Shown piece after piece: positions 28,100 to 37,380 of a stretch of DNA of 64,000 bases. The stretch is from an uncultured virus (IMG/VR IMGVR_UViG_3300022660_001620) (taxonomy: Duplodnaviria > Heunggongvirae > Uroviricota > Caudoviricetes), in the IMG/VR virus record IMGVR_UViG_3300022660_001620; one strand, written 5' to 3'. Position 1 is the stretch's first letter. Every line of letters starts with the position of its first letter. A program made the translations under genes and the position numbers. Below the pieces are notes generated by a model that was not told the origin of the DNA, made no database searches, and was given only the letters and a program-made list of their open reading frames with translations.

Positions 28100-28115
28100 A
28101 AGCGATTCCTCCTTT

Positions 28116-28709
28116 TCAAAGCATCTTTGCAGTTGCGCCGTCCGTTACGCTGCTGCCCGCCCATGCGGCCATGGCGTAAGCCGTCGCGGTGCCGCCCGCG
28201 TTGTAATACTCCACACCCTCCAGATGGGCGCTGAACCGTTTTGCGCCCGCAAGCCTGCGCTCGATCTCCGAAAGGCTCATGGCGGAAAACCGTTCCTGTT
28301 CCTCGGCGGTCATGATGTTGGCCCGCAAACGGTAATATCCCGGCTCGCCGCCGTACTCAAACCATTCCTCCACCACCGTTCCGGGCCAGATAGCGTTGGC
28401 CTGGGCCTTGACCGCGCCCAGCGTTCCCATCGTTCTTCTGACGCTCAGCGCCGTGGTGATGCATTGCCGTTTCTGCTGCACAGTGTACCCGGTGTCGTAC
28501 CAGTCTACTTTCCAGCCCACGGCCAGCGCGTCCAAAACTTCCTCGCTCGCGCTGTCGATGGCGGTGTAGATTTGGCTCCGCGCGATGTACTCCATCGTCC
28601 TTTCGTGCAGCGCACCCAAGGCCCCGGAAAGGGCTTTGGCCCAGGGCTGTTCCGCCACGATGCGGGGCAGGCCGTCAGTAAGCCTTGCGTCTTTCAGGCT
28701 CTTAATCAT
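28116..28709 (-). CDS. Tail protein I (P2 gpI-like)
   Basis: LDALAVGWKVDWYD, GTLGAVK, EEWFEYGGEPG. Confidence 0.8.
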   Translation of the reverse strand: MIKSLKDARLTDGLPRIVAEQPWAKALSGALGALHERTMEYIARSQIYTAIDSASEEVLDALAVGWKVDWYDTGYTVQQKRQCITTALSVRRTMGTLGAVKAQANAIWPGTVVEEWFEYGGEPGYYRLRANIMTAEEQERFSAMSLSEIERRLAGAKRFSAHLEGVEYYNAGGTATAYAMAAWAGSSVTDGATAKML

Positions 28710-29859
28710 CCTCCAGCCCTCCGTAGGTCACGCTCACGCTGGTACACTTGGGGAGCTGGATTTTGGAAACCGTGATGTCCTCCGGGGCGGTCAGCTTGAC
28801 CCGCTTTGCCCCGGCTTCCCGCAGCCTGGCGATCAGCTCCGTGGGGTTAATGTCCCGGCCCAGCTTCCTTTGCCACGCCTGAAATTCCTCCACCGCCGCC
28901 GCGATTCGGCTTTGAATGTTGCCGGTGCTTTTCTGGTCGCTTTCGGCGATCCAGTAAGTCGCCTCGATGCTGTACGGGATTTCCGTCGGGGCGTTGCAGC
29001 TCACCAGATCGCACAACGGTCTGATGGTTTCGGCGCTCAAATACTCCTGCATACCTGTCAGCTCCGTTTCGTTGGGCAGCCTGAGTTCTTCCCCGTCCTC
29101 GATCACAAAGTAGACATCCACCATGTACGGCTGCGGGCTGTCAAGCTGTACATCCGCCACATCGCTGCGCCATGCCCGCGCATAGTATTCGTAAGCGTCG
29201 CGCGGCCCTGCGCTGCTGTATACGCCCGGAGCCAGATAGACGCGCCGGGTCAAGTCCTCGTCGCTTTCCGTGTCCAGGCCGCCGGTGCTTTCCGTGATGT
29301 TGACCGCCGCCGCGATATAGGGGATGGGGTCAACCAGAATATTGATCGCGCCGATCAGCAGTCCGCTGCTTCCCGTTCCGCTCTCCTGCGCCTGCACCGT
29401 CACATCCGCAAAAAGCTCTCCCTTGGAGATTTCTCCATAGGACAGGGTATTGAAATACTTTCCGTCCTGGGTCTTTACCCGCGTTCCCAGCGGGATAGCC
29501 ACCGCTTCATTCCTCGCCTCCGACAGCGTAAAGCGCACCGTTGCCGTCGCCTTTGTGGGGCTTTTCCGCTGGATGCCCACCAGCGCGGCCAGATTATCCA
29601 GCGCGTCGCCCGTACTGGTCGGCAGCAGCTCCGCCCGGCCCTTTGCCTCGATGTACTGCATCGTCTGGTATTCGATCAGGCAGAACGCTTTGATAATCAG
29701 ATTGATCGGGTCGGCTTCGCCCAACTCAGGCTCTTTCCCGGTCAGCTCCCGGTAAAGTCTGGTGTAATGCTCCCGTGTCAGCTCCTCCGTTTCTTGCAGT
29801 GTCATGTGTTCGATAAAGCTGATCTCCGGGCAGTTCTGTAATTCTGTGATGTTAGACAA
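28702..29859 (-). CDS. Baseplate J/gp47
   Basis: LDNLAAL, GGLDTESDE, SSAGPRDAYEY, IRPLCD. Confidence 0.9.
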   Translation of the reverse strand: MSNITELQNCPEISFIEHMTLQETEELTREHYTRLYRELTGKEPELGEADPINLIIKAFCLIEYQTMQYIEAKGRAELLPTSTGDALDNLAALVGIQRKSPTKATATVRFTLSEARNEAVAIPLGTRVKTQDGKYFNTLSYGEISKGELFADVTVQAQESGTGSSGLLIGAINILVDPIPYIAAAVNITESTGGLDTESDEDLTRRVYLAPGVYSSAGPRDAYEYYARAWRSDVADVQLDSPQPYMVDVYFVIEDGEELRLPNETELTGMQEYLSAETIRPLCDLVSCNAPTEIPYSIEATYWIAESDQKSTGNIQSRIAAAVEEFQAWQRKLGRDINPTELIARLREAGAKRVKLTAPEDITVSKIQLPKCTSVSVTYGGLEDD

Positions 29860-30166
29860 GCTCGATCACCACCTTTGGGGTCATATTTCCGTCCGACGGA
29901 TTTCCCGTCGTCCATTCCACCCGGACAACTCTTGCCCGTGGTTCATATTGCCTTGTTTTTCGCACATACTCCGCCGCAAGCAGCGCCCGCGCGTTTTCCT
30001 GCGGGCAGTCGATCACGGCGGTATCAATGCCAAATTCCCGGTCAAGGGCCTGTTCTCCCGCCTGCGTGGCGTACAGCACGCTCAGATTTCGGTATACCTC
30101 CTGTGCCGTGGTATCGTCAGCGCTCCCCGGCAGGATTTCGATAACCGGCTTTCCTGTGTTCACCAT
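29852..30166 (-). CDS. Baseplate wedge gpW/gp25-like
   Basis: GEQALDREFGID, YEPRARV. Confidence 0.75.
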   Translation of the reverse strand: MVNTGKPVIEILPGSADDTTAQEVYRNLSVLYATQAGEQALDREFGIDTAVIDCPQENARALLAAEYVRKTRQYEPRARVVRVEWTTGNPSDGNMTPKVVIELV

Positions 30167-30176
30167 AGCCGCCTCC

Positions 30177-30569
30177 TTACAGGTATTCTTCGATGGTCAG
30201 GCTCACCTTGCACTCCACCATCGTTCCACCGTTTAAGACAACCGCCCATTCATCGCTGATGTCCGTGATCTTAAACGGGTTTTCCGAGATCGGGGTGCCG
30301 CCGATGATGAACCAGTCCGCCCGGTTGCTCTCCGACATATTCTGAAAGTGCTGCAGCGTGCTTCTGGGGTTTACACCGTCCTGCGCCCGCAGCAGCAGAT
30401 CAAACGAATATTTGCGCAGCTTCGGCGCGACCCACTGGCTGCGGGCCTTTGCGCCCGTGCGGTTGTGTGTGGCCCACTCGCTGCCGCCCTGTCCTTTCAG
30501 GTTGCTGGGGGTCAGGATGCGCCGGTTGCTCACCGTGAATGTCCGGCCCATAAAACTTCCTACTGCCAA
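30177..30569 (-). CDS. P2 GpU-like tail protein
   Basis: MAVGSF...FTVS...WATH...LTIEEY. Confidence 0.75.
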   Translation of the reverse strand: MAVGSFMGRTFTVSNRRILTPSNLKGQGGSEWATHNRTGAKARSQWVAPKLRKYSFDLLLRAQDGVNPRSTLQHFQNMSESNRADWFIIGGTPISENPFKITDISDEWAVVLNGGTMVECKVSLTIEEYL

Positions 30570-30582
30570 TACTGCTCCCCCC

Positions 30583-31047
30583 TTACTTTACAGGCGGGCC
30601 ATATCCGCCGTCGCTGTGGGTGTGGTTCGACAGGCTCACGCCGTTAATAGTGATGTCGCCCGCCGTGTTCAGGTACACGGAGCCGTCGCCGTTGATGGTG
30701 ATGGTCACTTTCCCGACGGTCAGGGTAAACACGCCCGTATTCGCATCGTACCGGCTGTACGCTTGCCCCGGCTTCTCGCCAAACTCCTTGCGGTACAGTC
30801 CCTTGAACCCCTCCGCCGGTTTGTTGGTCTTGTTCCACACCGTTCCCGTTGTGGTGGCCGCCGCAGTGCCGTTGCTGTTGTGGCTCACGCTCACGATCTG
30901 TCCGATGGTGGGCATTTTATACTCGCCGTTGGACATGGCGTTGATCTGGCGCGTCACGCTCTTTCCCCGGTCAAAGTAGGTCACTTCATAGGTGCCTGCC
31001 TCATAGTCGATGGAGCTGACGCGCCCTGTTCTGTTCGTACTTTCCAT
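30583..31047 (-). CDS. Baseplate spike gpV-like
   Basis: RTGRVSSID, MPTIGQIV, SLSNHTH metal-binding tip. Confidence 0.8.
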   Translation of the reverse strand: MESTNRTGRVSSIDYEAGTYEVTYFDRGKSVTRQINAMSNGEYKMPTIGQIVSVSHNSNGTAAATTTGTVWNKTNKPAEGFKGLYRKEFGEKPGQAYSRYDANTGVFTLTVGKVTITINGDGSVYLNTAGDITINGVSLSNHTHSDGGYGPPVK

Positions 31048-32438
31048 TACTGCATCGCCTCCACTGACGGCTTGCTTTGGATGCCGTTACTCAGCGACAG
31101 CGCCGAGCCGCCACCGCCGCCCGCCGTTTCGCTCTCTGTTGTACAGTAGCTTGCGGGAACCCAGCCCGTCACATTCTGGCCCACGGGCAGCTTCCCGCAC
31201 CTTGACGCGCTGTTGGTGATGCGGTAGCGCCCGCTGATCAGGATGCCGTCGTAGAAATAGAAAGTGCCGCTCTTGTAGCAGGCAGGGCTTCCCGCCGTGC
31301 TGGAAACATAGAACGGCGCGTTTTTCAGCGTCACGGCAGTTCCCGCCTCCGCGTTGCCCGCATTGGCCGCCGGTTCTGTCGTGGGGCTTTCCTCCTCCTG
31401 TTCGTGGTATTCGATGCTCCCGCCCACATCCCAGTGGTGGAACGCCGTACCGATGCCGCTGCACTCAAAGTCGGTGGTAAAGCCGCTCTTGGAAATTTTG
31501 TGTGTCACCTTGTCCACAAAATACTTTCCGTCCAGGCATCCGAACCCGGAAATTTCGATGTTGTTTCCCGCGCATACAAGCCAGTCTCCGTCCACGCCGA
31601 ACCGCACTTTCACTGTGCCGTGGTTGGCGTTGTTCAGCTCCGCGCAGAGCTGGACGCTGGCATCGTATACGCTTGTCGCCCGGCGGTTTACACTCTTGGT
31701 GTGGCTGCCTCCGCCCACGCTGCACTCGATGTCTATATCCTTGTCCGCGTCCGTGTAGCTGAAATGGCCGCCGGTGTATGTGCCGGAAAGGGTGGTGGAG
31801 TAGCCAAAGCTCCCCGGCCTGATCTGCGAGCGTGTGAATGTCCGCACGGCCCGCTTCTCTTTGTACTTCTCCCGGTCATATACCCACAGCCGCCGGGCAT
31901 ATACTTTCAGGATAAGCCCGTAATTTTTGCATAACTGGTTGTAATAGCTGCTGTCCGTTCCGTCCTGTTCGTCGCACTCTATGTCGTAGTCGTCCGCGTC
32001 ATAGGAGAACTCCAGTCCGTACCGTTCCGCAATGCTTTCCCCAATCTTCCTGATCGTGGTGTTTTTCCAGATGGTTTCCCGCTCCAGCTCCGAAAAGTCG
32101 CTGTCGCTGGGCTTGCTTACGCCGCCCACCTGTAAGGTCGTTGGCGCGTCGGAATAGTTTACATCGTCCAGAACGAACAGCCCGCACTCAATGATTCTGC
32201 TGTCGTCCTCCCGCTCCCAGTGCTGGCCCAGGATGCGCGGGCGCAGGGTAGCCCCCTTGTCCGGCATCCATCCGTAAAGCCACTTCCTGTCCTGGGCGTT
32301 CAGGATGATGTCAATGCTGTCGCTGTTGTCCGCCGCATTGTCCACATAGGTCAAGCTCTCGATGTCCGCCCCAACTTGCCCCGCAAAGGGATTGTTGTTG
32401 TAGCGCACATCCAGCGCAAGGCTTCTGGTCTTAATCAT
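31047..32438 (-). CDS. Late control D / baseplate hub with C-terminal SH3-like extension
   Basis: YVDNAADNSDSIDI, CGLFVLDD, DGKYFVDKVTH; C-terminal GRYRIT...VTGWV. Confidence 0.8.
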   Translation of the reverse strand: MIKTRSLALDVRYNNNPFAGQVGADIESLTYVDNAADNSDSIDIILNAQDRKWLYGWMPDKGATLRPRILGQHWEREDDSRIIECGLFVLDDVNYSDAPTTLQVGGVSKPSDSDFSELERETIWKNTTIRKIGESIAERYGLEFSYDADDYDIECDEQDGTDSSYYNQLCKNYGLILKVYARRLWVYDREKYKEKRAVRTFTRSQIRPGSFGYSTTLSGTYTGGHFSYTDADKDIDIECSVGGGSHTKSVNRRATSVYDASVQLCAELNNANHGTVKVRFGVDGDWLVCAGNNIEISGFGCLDGKYFVDKVTHKISKSGFTTDFECSGIGTAFHHWDVGGSIEYHEQEEESPTTEPAANAGNAEAGTAVTLKNAPFYVSSTAGSPACYKSGTFYFYDGILISGRYRITNSASRCGKLPVGQNVTGWVPASYCTTESETAGGGGGSALSLSNGIQSKPSVEAMQ

Positions 32439-32643
32439 AGGCCGCCTCGAATTTCCACGGCGGGAGCAGTCCGTCCCGCTCGTCTGCCAGCTCCGGGGCG
32501 GCGATCTCCACCCCGGAGCCAAAAACGAATGTGCCGATATGCTGCGGGTTCGCAGCCATCAGCACATCGGCACGGTATTCACTTCCGTAAACTTCCTTGG
32601 CGATCACATCCCATGTGTCGCCGCTCTTGGTGATGTATGCCAT
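32431..32643 (-). CDS. Tail protein X (LysM-like)
   Basis: YITKSGDTWDVIA..YG......LMAANP...LPPW. Confidence 0.85.
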   Translation of the reverse strand: MAYITKSGDTWDVIAKEVYGSEYRADVLMAANPQHIGTFVFGSGVEIAAPELADERDGLLPPWKFEAAYD

Positions 32644-32655
32644 GCCGTCCTCCTG

Positions 32656-35600
32656 TTAATACGCTGTCCGCGCGTATTTCCGCTGCATCTGGAGATACCA
32701 GGTTTCAAACCGGGCCTGCGCCTCTGCCAGCGCTTCTTCCACGGCGCTTCTGTCGGCGTTGCCCTGAATGATGATCTGCGGCGCAAAGCTGATGCCTCCG
32801 CCGCCGAAACCGCCGCCCTCCGGGGCGGGTATCTCTTTCAGCTCCACCGGCTTCACGCCCAGCATCCGTCCGGCCCGCGCCCAGGTGTTCAGGTTGTCCC
32901 TGCGCACACTGCGCTGGAAGCTGATAACCGCCTCCATCCCGGCCTCGCCCGCGATGCTCGGCCCATTTGTAAAGCCGCCCTTCCCCAGCATGGGGATTTC
33001 CGGGATGTTGATGGCGAACGACTTGCCGCCGATCAGCGGCACCCAGTCGGGGATGGTCAGGCCAAGGCCGTTGATGCCGGAGATCGCCTTGTTGATCAGC
33101 GAAATAACCGCATTGATCGGTGTCTTGAACAGAGCGCCCAGCGTGTCAAAGATGCCCGTAAAGATGGACTTCACGCCCTCCCACGCCTGACTCCAGTTGC
33201 CGGAGAAAACGCCGGTGATGAAATTGATAATGCCCTCAAAGATGGTTTTCACGCCCTCGATGGCATTTTTCAGCCCATCGGCAAATACGCTGAACGCCGC
33301 CAGCACCGCCGGAATCACGACCTGACCCACTTTCAGCAGCGCCGTTCCCAGCGTCTCGATGATGGGCCATACAAACTGAATGGCCTGCCCGATGATCTGG
33401 GCCACCGTCATGATCGCGGAGCCAACGCCGCTGATGATGTTGGCGATGTACGGAGCTGCCGCCGCCACGGTCTGCATGATAATGGGCAATACCGTCTGCG
33501 TGATGAAGTTGAACACATCAAGGATAATGGGTTTGACCGTATTGACAGAAAAATCCACCACCTGTTTGATAACGCCCATCACCGATTGCAGGATGGTAGT
33601 CACGCCGTCAAAGGCCGCTGCCGCATCCGGGCCGAACAGGTTTGCGATCCCCTCCCGCAGCGGTGCCAGCGCACTTGCCACGCCGCCCTCCGCGAACAGA
33701 CTGTTAAAGAACTCGCCCACCTGGCCCAAGGCTCCTGTGAAGCTGTCAAACACGGCAACGCCTTGTTCACCAAAGACGCTGCCTATGATGTTACGGATGC
33801 CCTCCAGATTGTCGCCCAGGATGCTCACCACGGCGATGATGCCGGAGATCACACCCACGATGGGCAAAGCGCCGGACAACAGGCTTCCAAAGCCGCCTGC
33901 TATCGGCCCCCAAATGCTGCTCAGCACACCAGCGCCGGAGCTTGCGATGCCGCCCAGACTTCCCATCGCTCCGCCGATTGCCTGCCCGATGCCGGAATTT
34001 GCAACGCTGCCCAGCAGGCCGGATGCCCTGCCGAACAGGCCGCTTACCGCAGTACCGGCCTTGGAGTTTATGATGCTCTGGCCCACATTCCCCAGCAGGC
34101 CGCCAATGCCTGTCTTTGCCTTTCCGAACAGACCGCTTACCGCGCCCCCGGCTTTTCCAAACAGGCCGCTTACCGCGCTTCCTGCCTTGGTATTGCCCAG
34201 CGCTTGCCCCAGGTTGCCCAGGGAGGAACCGATGCCGCTGAAATACTGTCCGGCGGCGCTTTCGGCCACAGCGGTTTTGATCACGCTCCCCGCGCTTGTA
34301 TAGCCGGACAGCAGGCCCGGCGTTGCCGCCGCCGCTTGCAGCAGATCAGTCGTACCCTTGATGCCGTTGCCGGACACAAGGCTGGAGATCGTCGCCCCCA
34401 GCGTAGACAAAAAGCCGCCGCTGGACGATGCGCCGCCAAAGGCAGACAGGAAGCCCGCTCCCGCAGCGCCCGCTTTCTGGCCGCCGGTGAACAGGCTCTT
34501 GATGCCCGCGAACAGGCCGCCGCTCTTGCCGCCGCTGCCGGTGCCGCTTCCAAACAGCACCCCGCCCGCACCGCTCAAAAGGCCCTCCGCCGCCGGGGCA
34601 AACTTCATAGCAACAAAGGCCGCCGCCACCTTTGCCAGAACGGATGCCACCTGGTCGCCGTTGTTCACAAGGTAGTCAAGTCCTTTCTGGATATAGGGCA
34701 GCGCCCAGTCCATCGCGTCGCCCAGCTTGGAAACGCCCTGGCTCGCCAGCGTTCCCAGTGATTGGGCAAGCTGTGAAAGCTCCGGCATATGTTCCCTGAT
34801 CTCGTTCAGGAAGTCGATCATGGCAAGGCCAAGTTCTTTCTTCGCGGGCAGGAACGCGGTGCCGATGTCCACCTTTACCGCCTGCAATGCGCTTGCGGTC
34901 ATGGTGTCGATGGCCTCCGATGTGGTCGCCTTGATGATAAACTCCCGCTCCATGCTTCCTGTGTAGGCCGCAGGGTCATTGACCATATCCAGCGAATCCG
35001 TGTACGCCTTGATATTTCCCGCCAGCTTGGCAGCGTCCTTGATGGCCCACTGTCCAAACAGAGTGTTCAGGGTCGATGCCTGTTTGTCTGCGTCAAGATT
35101 TCCAATGGCCTCCAGCACTTCTATCATGGTGCCGGTCGCGTCCTCTTGCAGTGAGGCCGCCACCCCCGATGCGGTCATGCCCAGGGATTCCCACGCCTTG
35201 ATCTGCGCCGCAGTGGAAGCGTCACCCTTGCTCATGTTGACCAGCATACGGTTGATGCTGGTCGCCGCCACATCAGCGCTGGAACCCATCGACAGCATGG
35301 CGTTTGCCATGGCCGCAATGGCCGCCGGGTCCATACCGGCGATACTGCCCAGCGAGCCGCTGGTGTTGACCACATTGGCAATGTCCGCCGCGCTGGCCGC
35401 GCCGTTGGCCGCCAGGTAGTTGATCTGGTCGAACAGCTCCATAACGCCGCTGTGGTCTATCTGAAATGCCGTTTCCCACTTGGCGGCCCATTCGCCCGCC
35501 TGATCTGCGGAAACATCCATGGCCGTACCGGCCATAGCTACATTTTTCAGAAAGCCCGTCACATTGCCGCTGCTGTCGATCTGGAAGATTTCATCCATGC

Positions 35601-35991
35601 TCTTTCCCGCTTCACCGGCGGCACCGGCCAGCGCAGCCAGTTCCTCCTGGGTGTAGGGGATTTGCGTACTTAAATCCATGATCGCCTTGCTCATGGCTTC
35701 GTAGTTTTTGGTGTTGATCTTGCCGGTGGAATCCGCCAGCCCGTCCACATACTTCACCACATCGGCCATGTAGCCCTCAAACTTCTGCGCCTCCTTGGTA
35801 CAATCAGCCAGCACCGCAATGGTGCCTGTTGCCAGTGCGCCCATCGCCGCAAGTCCCGCCGTTCCGATCTTGCTGATACTGCGGGAAAAGCTGCTGATCT
35901 GGTTTTGTGTGCCTGTCAGCGCCGCCGTCAGGCTCTTGTCCATCTTACCGGCGATCTTGATGCTTAACTCTAATGTTTTACCTTTTGCCAT
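32656..35991 (-). CDS. Tape measure protein
   Basis: 1111 aa Ala/Gly-rich; FEGYMADVVK; GNWSQAWEGVK. Confidence 0.9.
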   Translation of the reverse strand: MAKGKTLELSIKIAGKMDKSLTAALTGTQNQISSFSRSISKIGTAGLAAMGALATGTIAVLADCTKEAQKFEGYMADVVKYVDGLADSTGKINTKNYEAMSKAIMDLSTQIPYTQEELAALAGAAGEAGKSMDEIFQIDSSGNVTGFLKNVAMAGTAMDVSADQAGEWAAKWETAFQIDHSGVMELFDQINYLAANGAASAADIANVVNTSGSLGSIAGMDPAAIAAMANAMLSMGSSADVAATSINRMLVNMSKGDASTAAQIKAWESLGMTASGVAASLQEDATGTMIEVLEAIGNLDADKQASTLNTLFGQWAIKDAAKLAGNIKAYTDSLDMVNDPAAYTGSMEREFIIKATTSEAIDTMTASALQAVKVDIGTAFLPAKKELGLAMIDFLNEIREHMPELSQLAQSLGTLASQGVSKLGDAMDWALPYIQKGLDYLVNNGDQVASVLAKVAAAFVAMKFAPAAEGLLSGAGGVLFGSGTGSGGKSGGLFAGIKSLFTGGQKAGAAGAGFLSAFGGASSSGGFLSTLGATISSLVSGNGIKGTTDLLQAAAATPGLLSGYTSAGSVIKTAVAESAAGQYFSGIGSSLGNLGQALGNTKAGSAVSGLFGKAGGAVSGLFGKAKTGIGGLLGNVGQSIINSKAGTAVSGLFGRASGLLGSVANSGIGQAIGGAMGSLGGIASSGAGVLSSIWGPIAGGFGSLLSGALPIVGVISGIIAVVSILGDNLEGIRNIIGSVFGEQGVAVFDSFTGALGQVGEFFNSLFAEGGVASALAPLREGIANLFGPDAAAAFDGVTTILQSVMGVIKQVVDFSVNTVKPIILDVFNFITQTVLPIIMQTVAAAAPYIANIISGVGSAIMTVAQIIGQAIQFVWPIIETLGTALLKVGQVVIPAVLAAFSVFADGLKNAIEGVKTIFEGIINFITGVFSGNWSQAWEGVKSIFTGIFDTLGALFKTPINAVISLINKAISGINGLGLTIPDWVPLIGGKSFAINIPEIPMLGKGGFTNGPSIAGEAGMEAVISFQRSVRRDNLNTWARAGRMLGVKPVELKEIPAPEGGGFGGGGISFAPQIIIQGNADRSAVEEALAEAQARFETWYLQMQRKYARTAY

Positions 35992-36131
35992 TCCTCCGCC
36001 ACCTCGTTATTCAGCTCTATAAACTCCTGAACCGGCAGCTTCAAATAGAAGTCAACGCCCGTCCGCGTCACCGCAGACAGCCTGATCGCAGCTTTTCTCA
36101 GGGCCTTGGCTCCGCCCTTTACCCGAAAAAA
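35970..36131 (-). other. -1 frameshift extension of the tail assembly chaperone
   Basis: Slippery T TTT TTC at 36131-36125; -1 frame open to TAG at 35970: RVKGGAKALRKAAIRLSAVTRTGVDFYLKLPVQEFIELNNEVAEEWQKVKH. Confidence 0.75.
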
Positions 36132-36754
36132 TCCGCGTCGTTCACCGCGTTTTTCAGCTTCAGCAGCTCATACAGGGGCAGGCTGGTGAAGAACTCCTCC
36201 GGGATGCCCGTTGCCATGCTGGCGATCACACAGGCGTACAGATAGTTGGTGGCGTTCTCCGTCACCACAAAGCCCTCGCGGGCCATTCTGTTCTCCGCCT
36301 CACTCTCGTTCAGGCTGTTCAGGTCTGCGATACCGTTCAGGTCGATGTCCTGATAGGTCTTGCCCTTGTAGATGCAGGGCTTGACCAGGCGCATCACATG
36401 GTTTTCCGTGGTGCTGTCCACATTCAGATAGCCGCGCACCGTTGCCGCCACCCGGCGGGAAACGCCACGGGGCATCAGCTTGAAAAACTCAATGGGCTGC
36501 TCCGTCGCCTTGGCCGCGATGGTGCGGGCAAAGGCCGTGGTGGTTTCGCACAGCACCGCTGCCGCCACTTCCTGCTCCCCGAACAACTGGCGCTGTGCGT
36601 CGATTGCGTCCTGAATGGTCAGCTTGTCCAGCCCGGACAGGTCGATCTCGGGGTATTCCTTGCCCTCGAATACATAGGGCTTGTTCAGCTCCACCACGCG
36701 CTTTTCGCTGTTTTCGGCGGCAGCCTCCGCCGCGATGTTCATGTTTTCTGCCAT
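36119..36754 (-). CDS. Tail assembly chaperone with tandem-duplicated domain
   Basis: Two KP...GK.Y..IDL.G...L ... P.EFF units; between tube and tape measure. Confidence 0.8.
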   Translation of the reverse strand: MAENMNIAAEAAAENSEKRVVELNKPYVFEGKEYPEIDLSGLDKLTIQDAIDAQRQLFGEQEVAAAVLCETTTAFARTIAAKATEQPIEFFKLMPRGVSRRVAATVRGYLNVDSTTENHVMRLVKPCIYKGKTYQDIDLNGIADLNSLNESEAENRMAREGFVVTENATNYLYACVIASMATGIPEEFFTSLPLYELLKLKNAVNDADFFG

Positions 36755-36793
36755 GTTGAAAGGCTCCTTTCGGTTTTTCTGAAATATGAAAAT

Positions 36794-36826
36794 ACAGCCC
36801 ACCCGCGATAATTGCGGGTGGGCTGT
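36794..36826. terminator. Hairpin after the tail tube gene
   Basis: ACAGCCCACCCGC / GCGGGTGGGCTGT. Confidence 0.65.
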
Positions 36827-36837
36827 CCTCGGTCTGG

Positions 36838-37362
36838 TCAGATCAGGTTGTTGATGCCAGCCAGCATATCCACACCGTTGACGCGGTAAACGCCGTTCAG
36901 CTTGTCAACCTCCAGAAGCTGCTTGCCGTCCACTTCAATCAGGATGTAGGTCAGCTCCAGCTTGACGGTTGCCTCCATCGCCTCGCCCTTTTCCACCTTG
37001 CCGGGGTTAAAGCTCTTCACGCGGCCCATCTCGACCACGCGCAGGCCCTTGAAGTTATAGCCGCCCGCCTTGTCATAGACCTGCTGTGCGGCCCGCAAAG
37101 TCAGGTTGACCGTGGACATGGGGGACAGCATATCCATCGCGGAGCTGTACAGGGTGTTGAACTGGATTTCCTGCTCCATGCTCTCGAACTGGCCGATGGT
37201 GGGGCTGTCCACCTCGCCGTTTACGCCAACGCCGGAAACGGTGCTGGTTTTCATGTTGACCTCCGGCAGCGTGACGGAGGCTGCAACGCCGATCATCTTC
37301 GTGCCGTCCAGATAGGCGTTGTAGTCATTGATCTTTTCGGGGATGTAGTTGTTGCTGATCAT
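36838..37362 (-). CDS. Major tail tube protein (P2 FII-like)
   Basis: IPEKINDYNAY, VTLPEV, EVDKLNGVYRVNGVDML. Confidence 0.9.
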   Translation of the reverse strand: MISNNYIPEKINDYNAYLDGTKMIGVAASVTLPEVNMKTSTVSGVGVNGEVDSPTIGQFESMEQEIQFNTLYSSAMDMLSPMSTVNLTLRAAQQVYDKAGGYNFKGLRVVEMGRVKSFNPGKVEKGEAMEATVKLELTYILIEVDGKQLLEVDKLNGVYRVNGVDMLAGINNLI

Positions 37363-37380
37363 GTCTTTGTCCCTCCCTTA

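Noticed and set aside
34000..34220. Repeats in the tape measure gene (AVSGLFGKA)
   Set aside because: Ordinary tape-measure periodicity.
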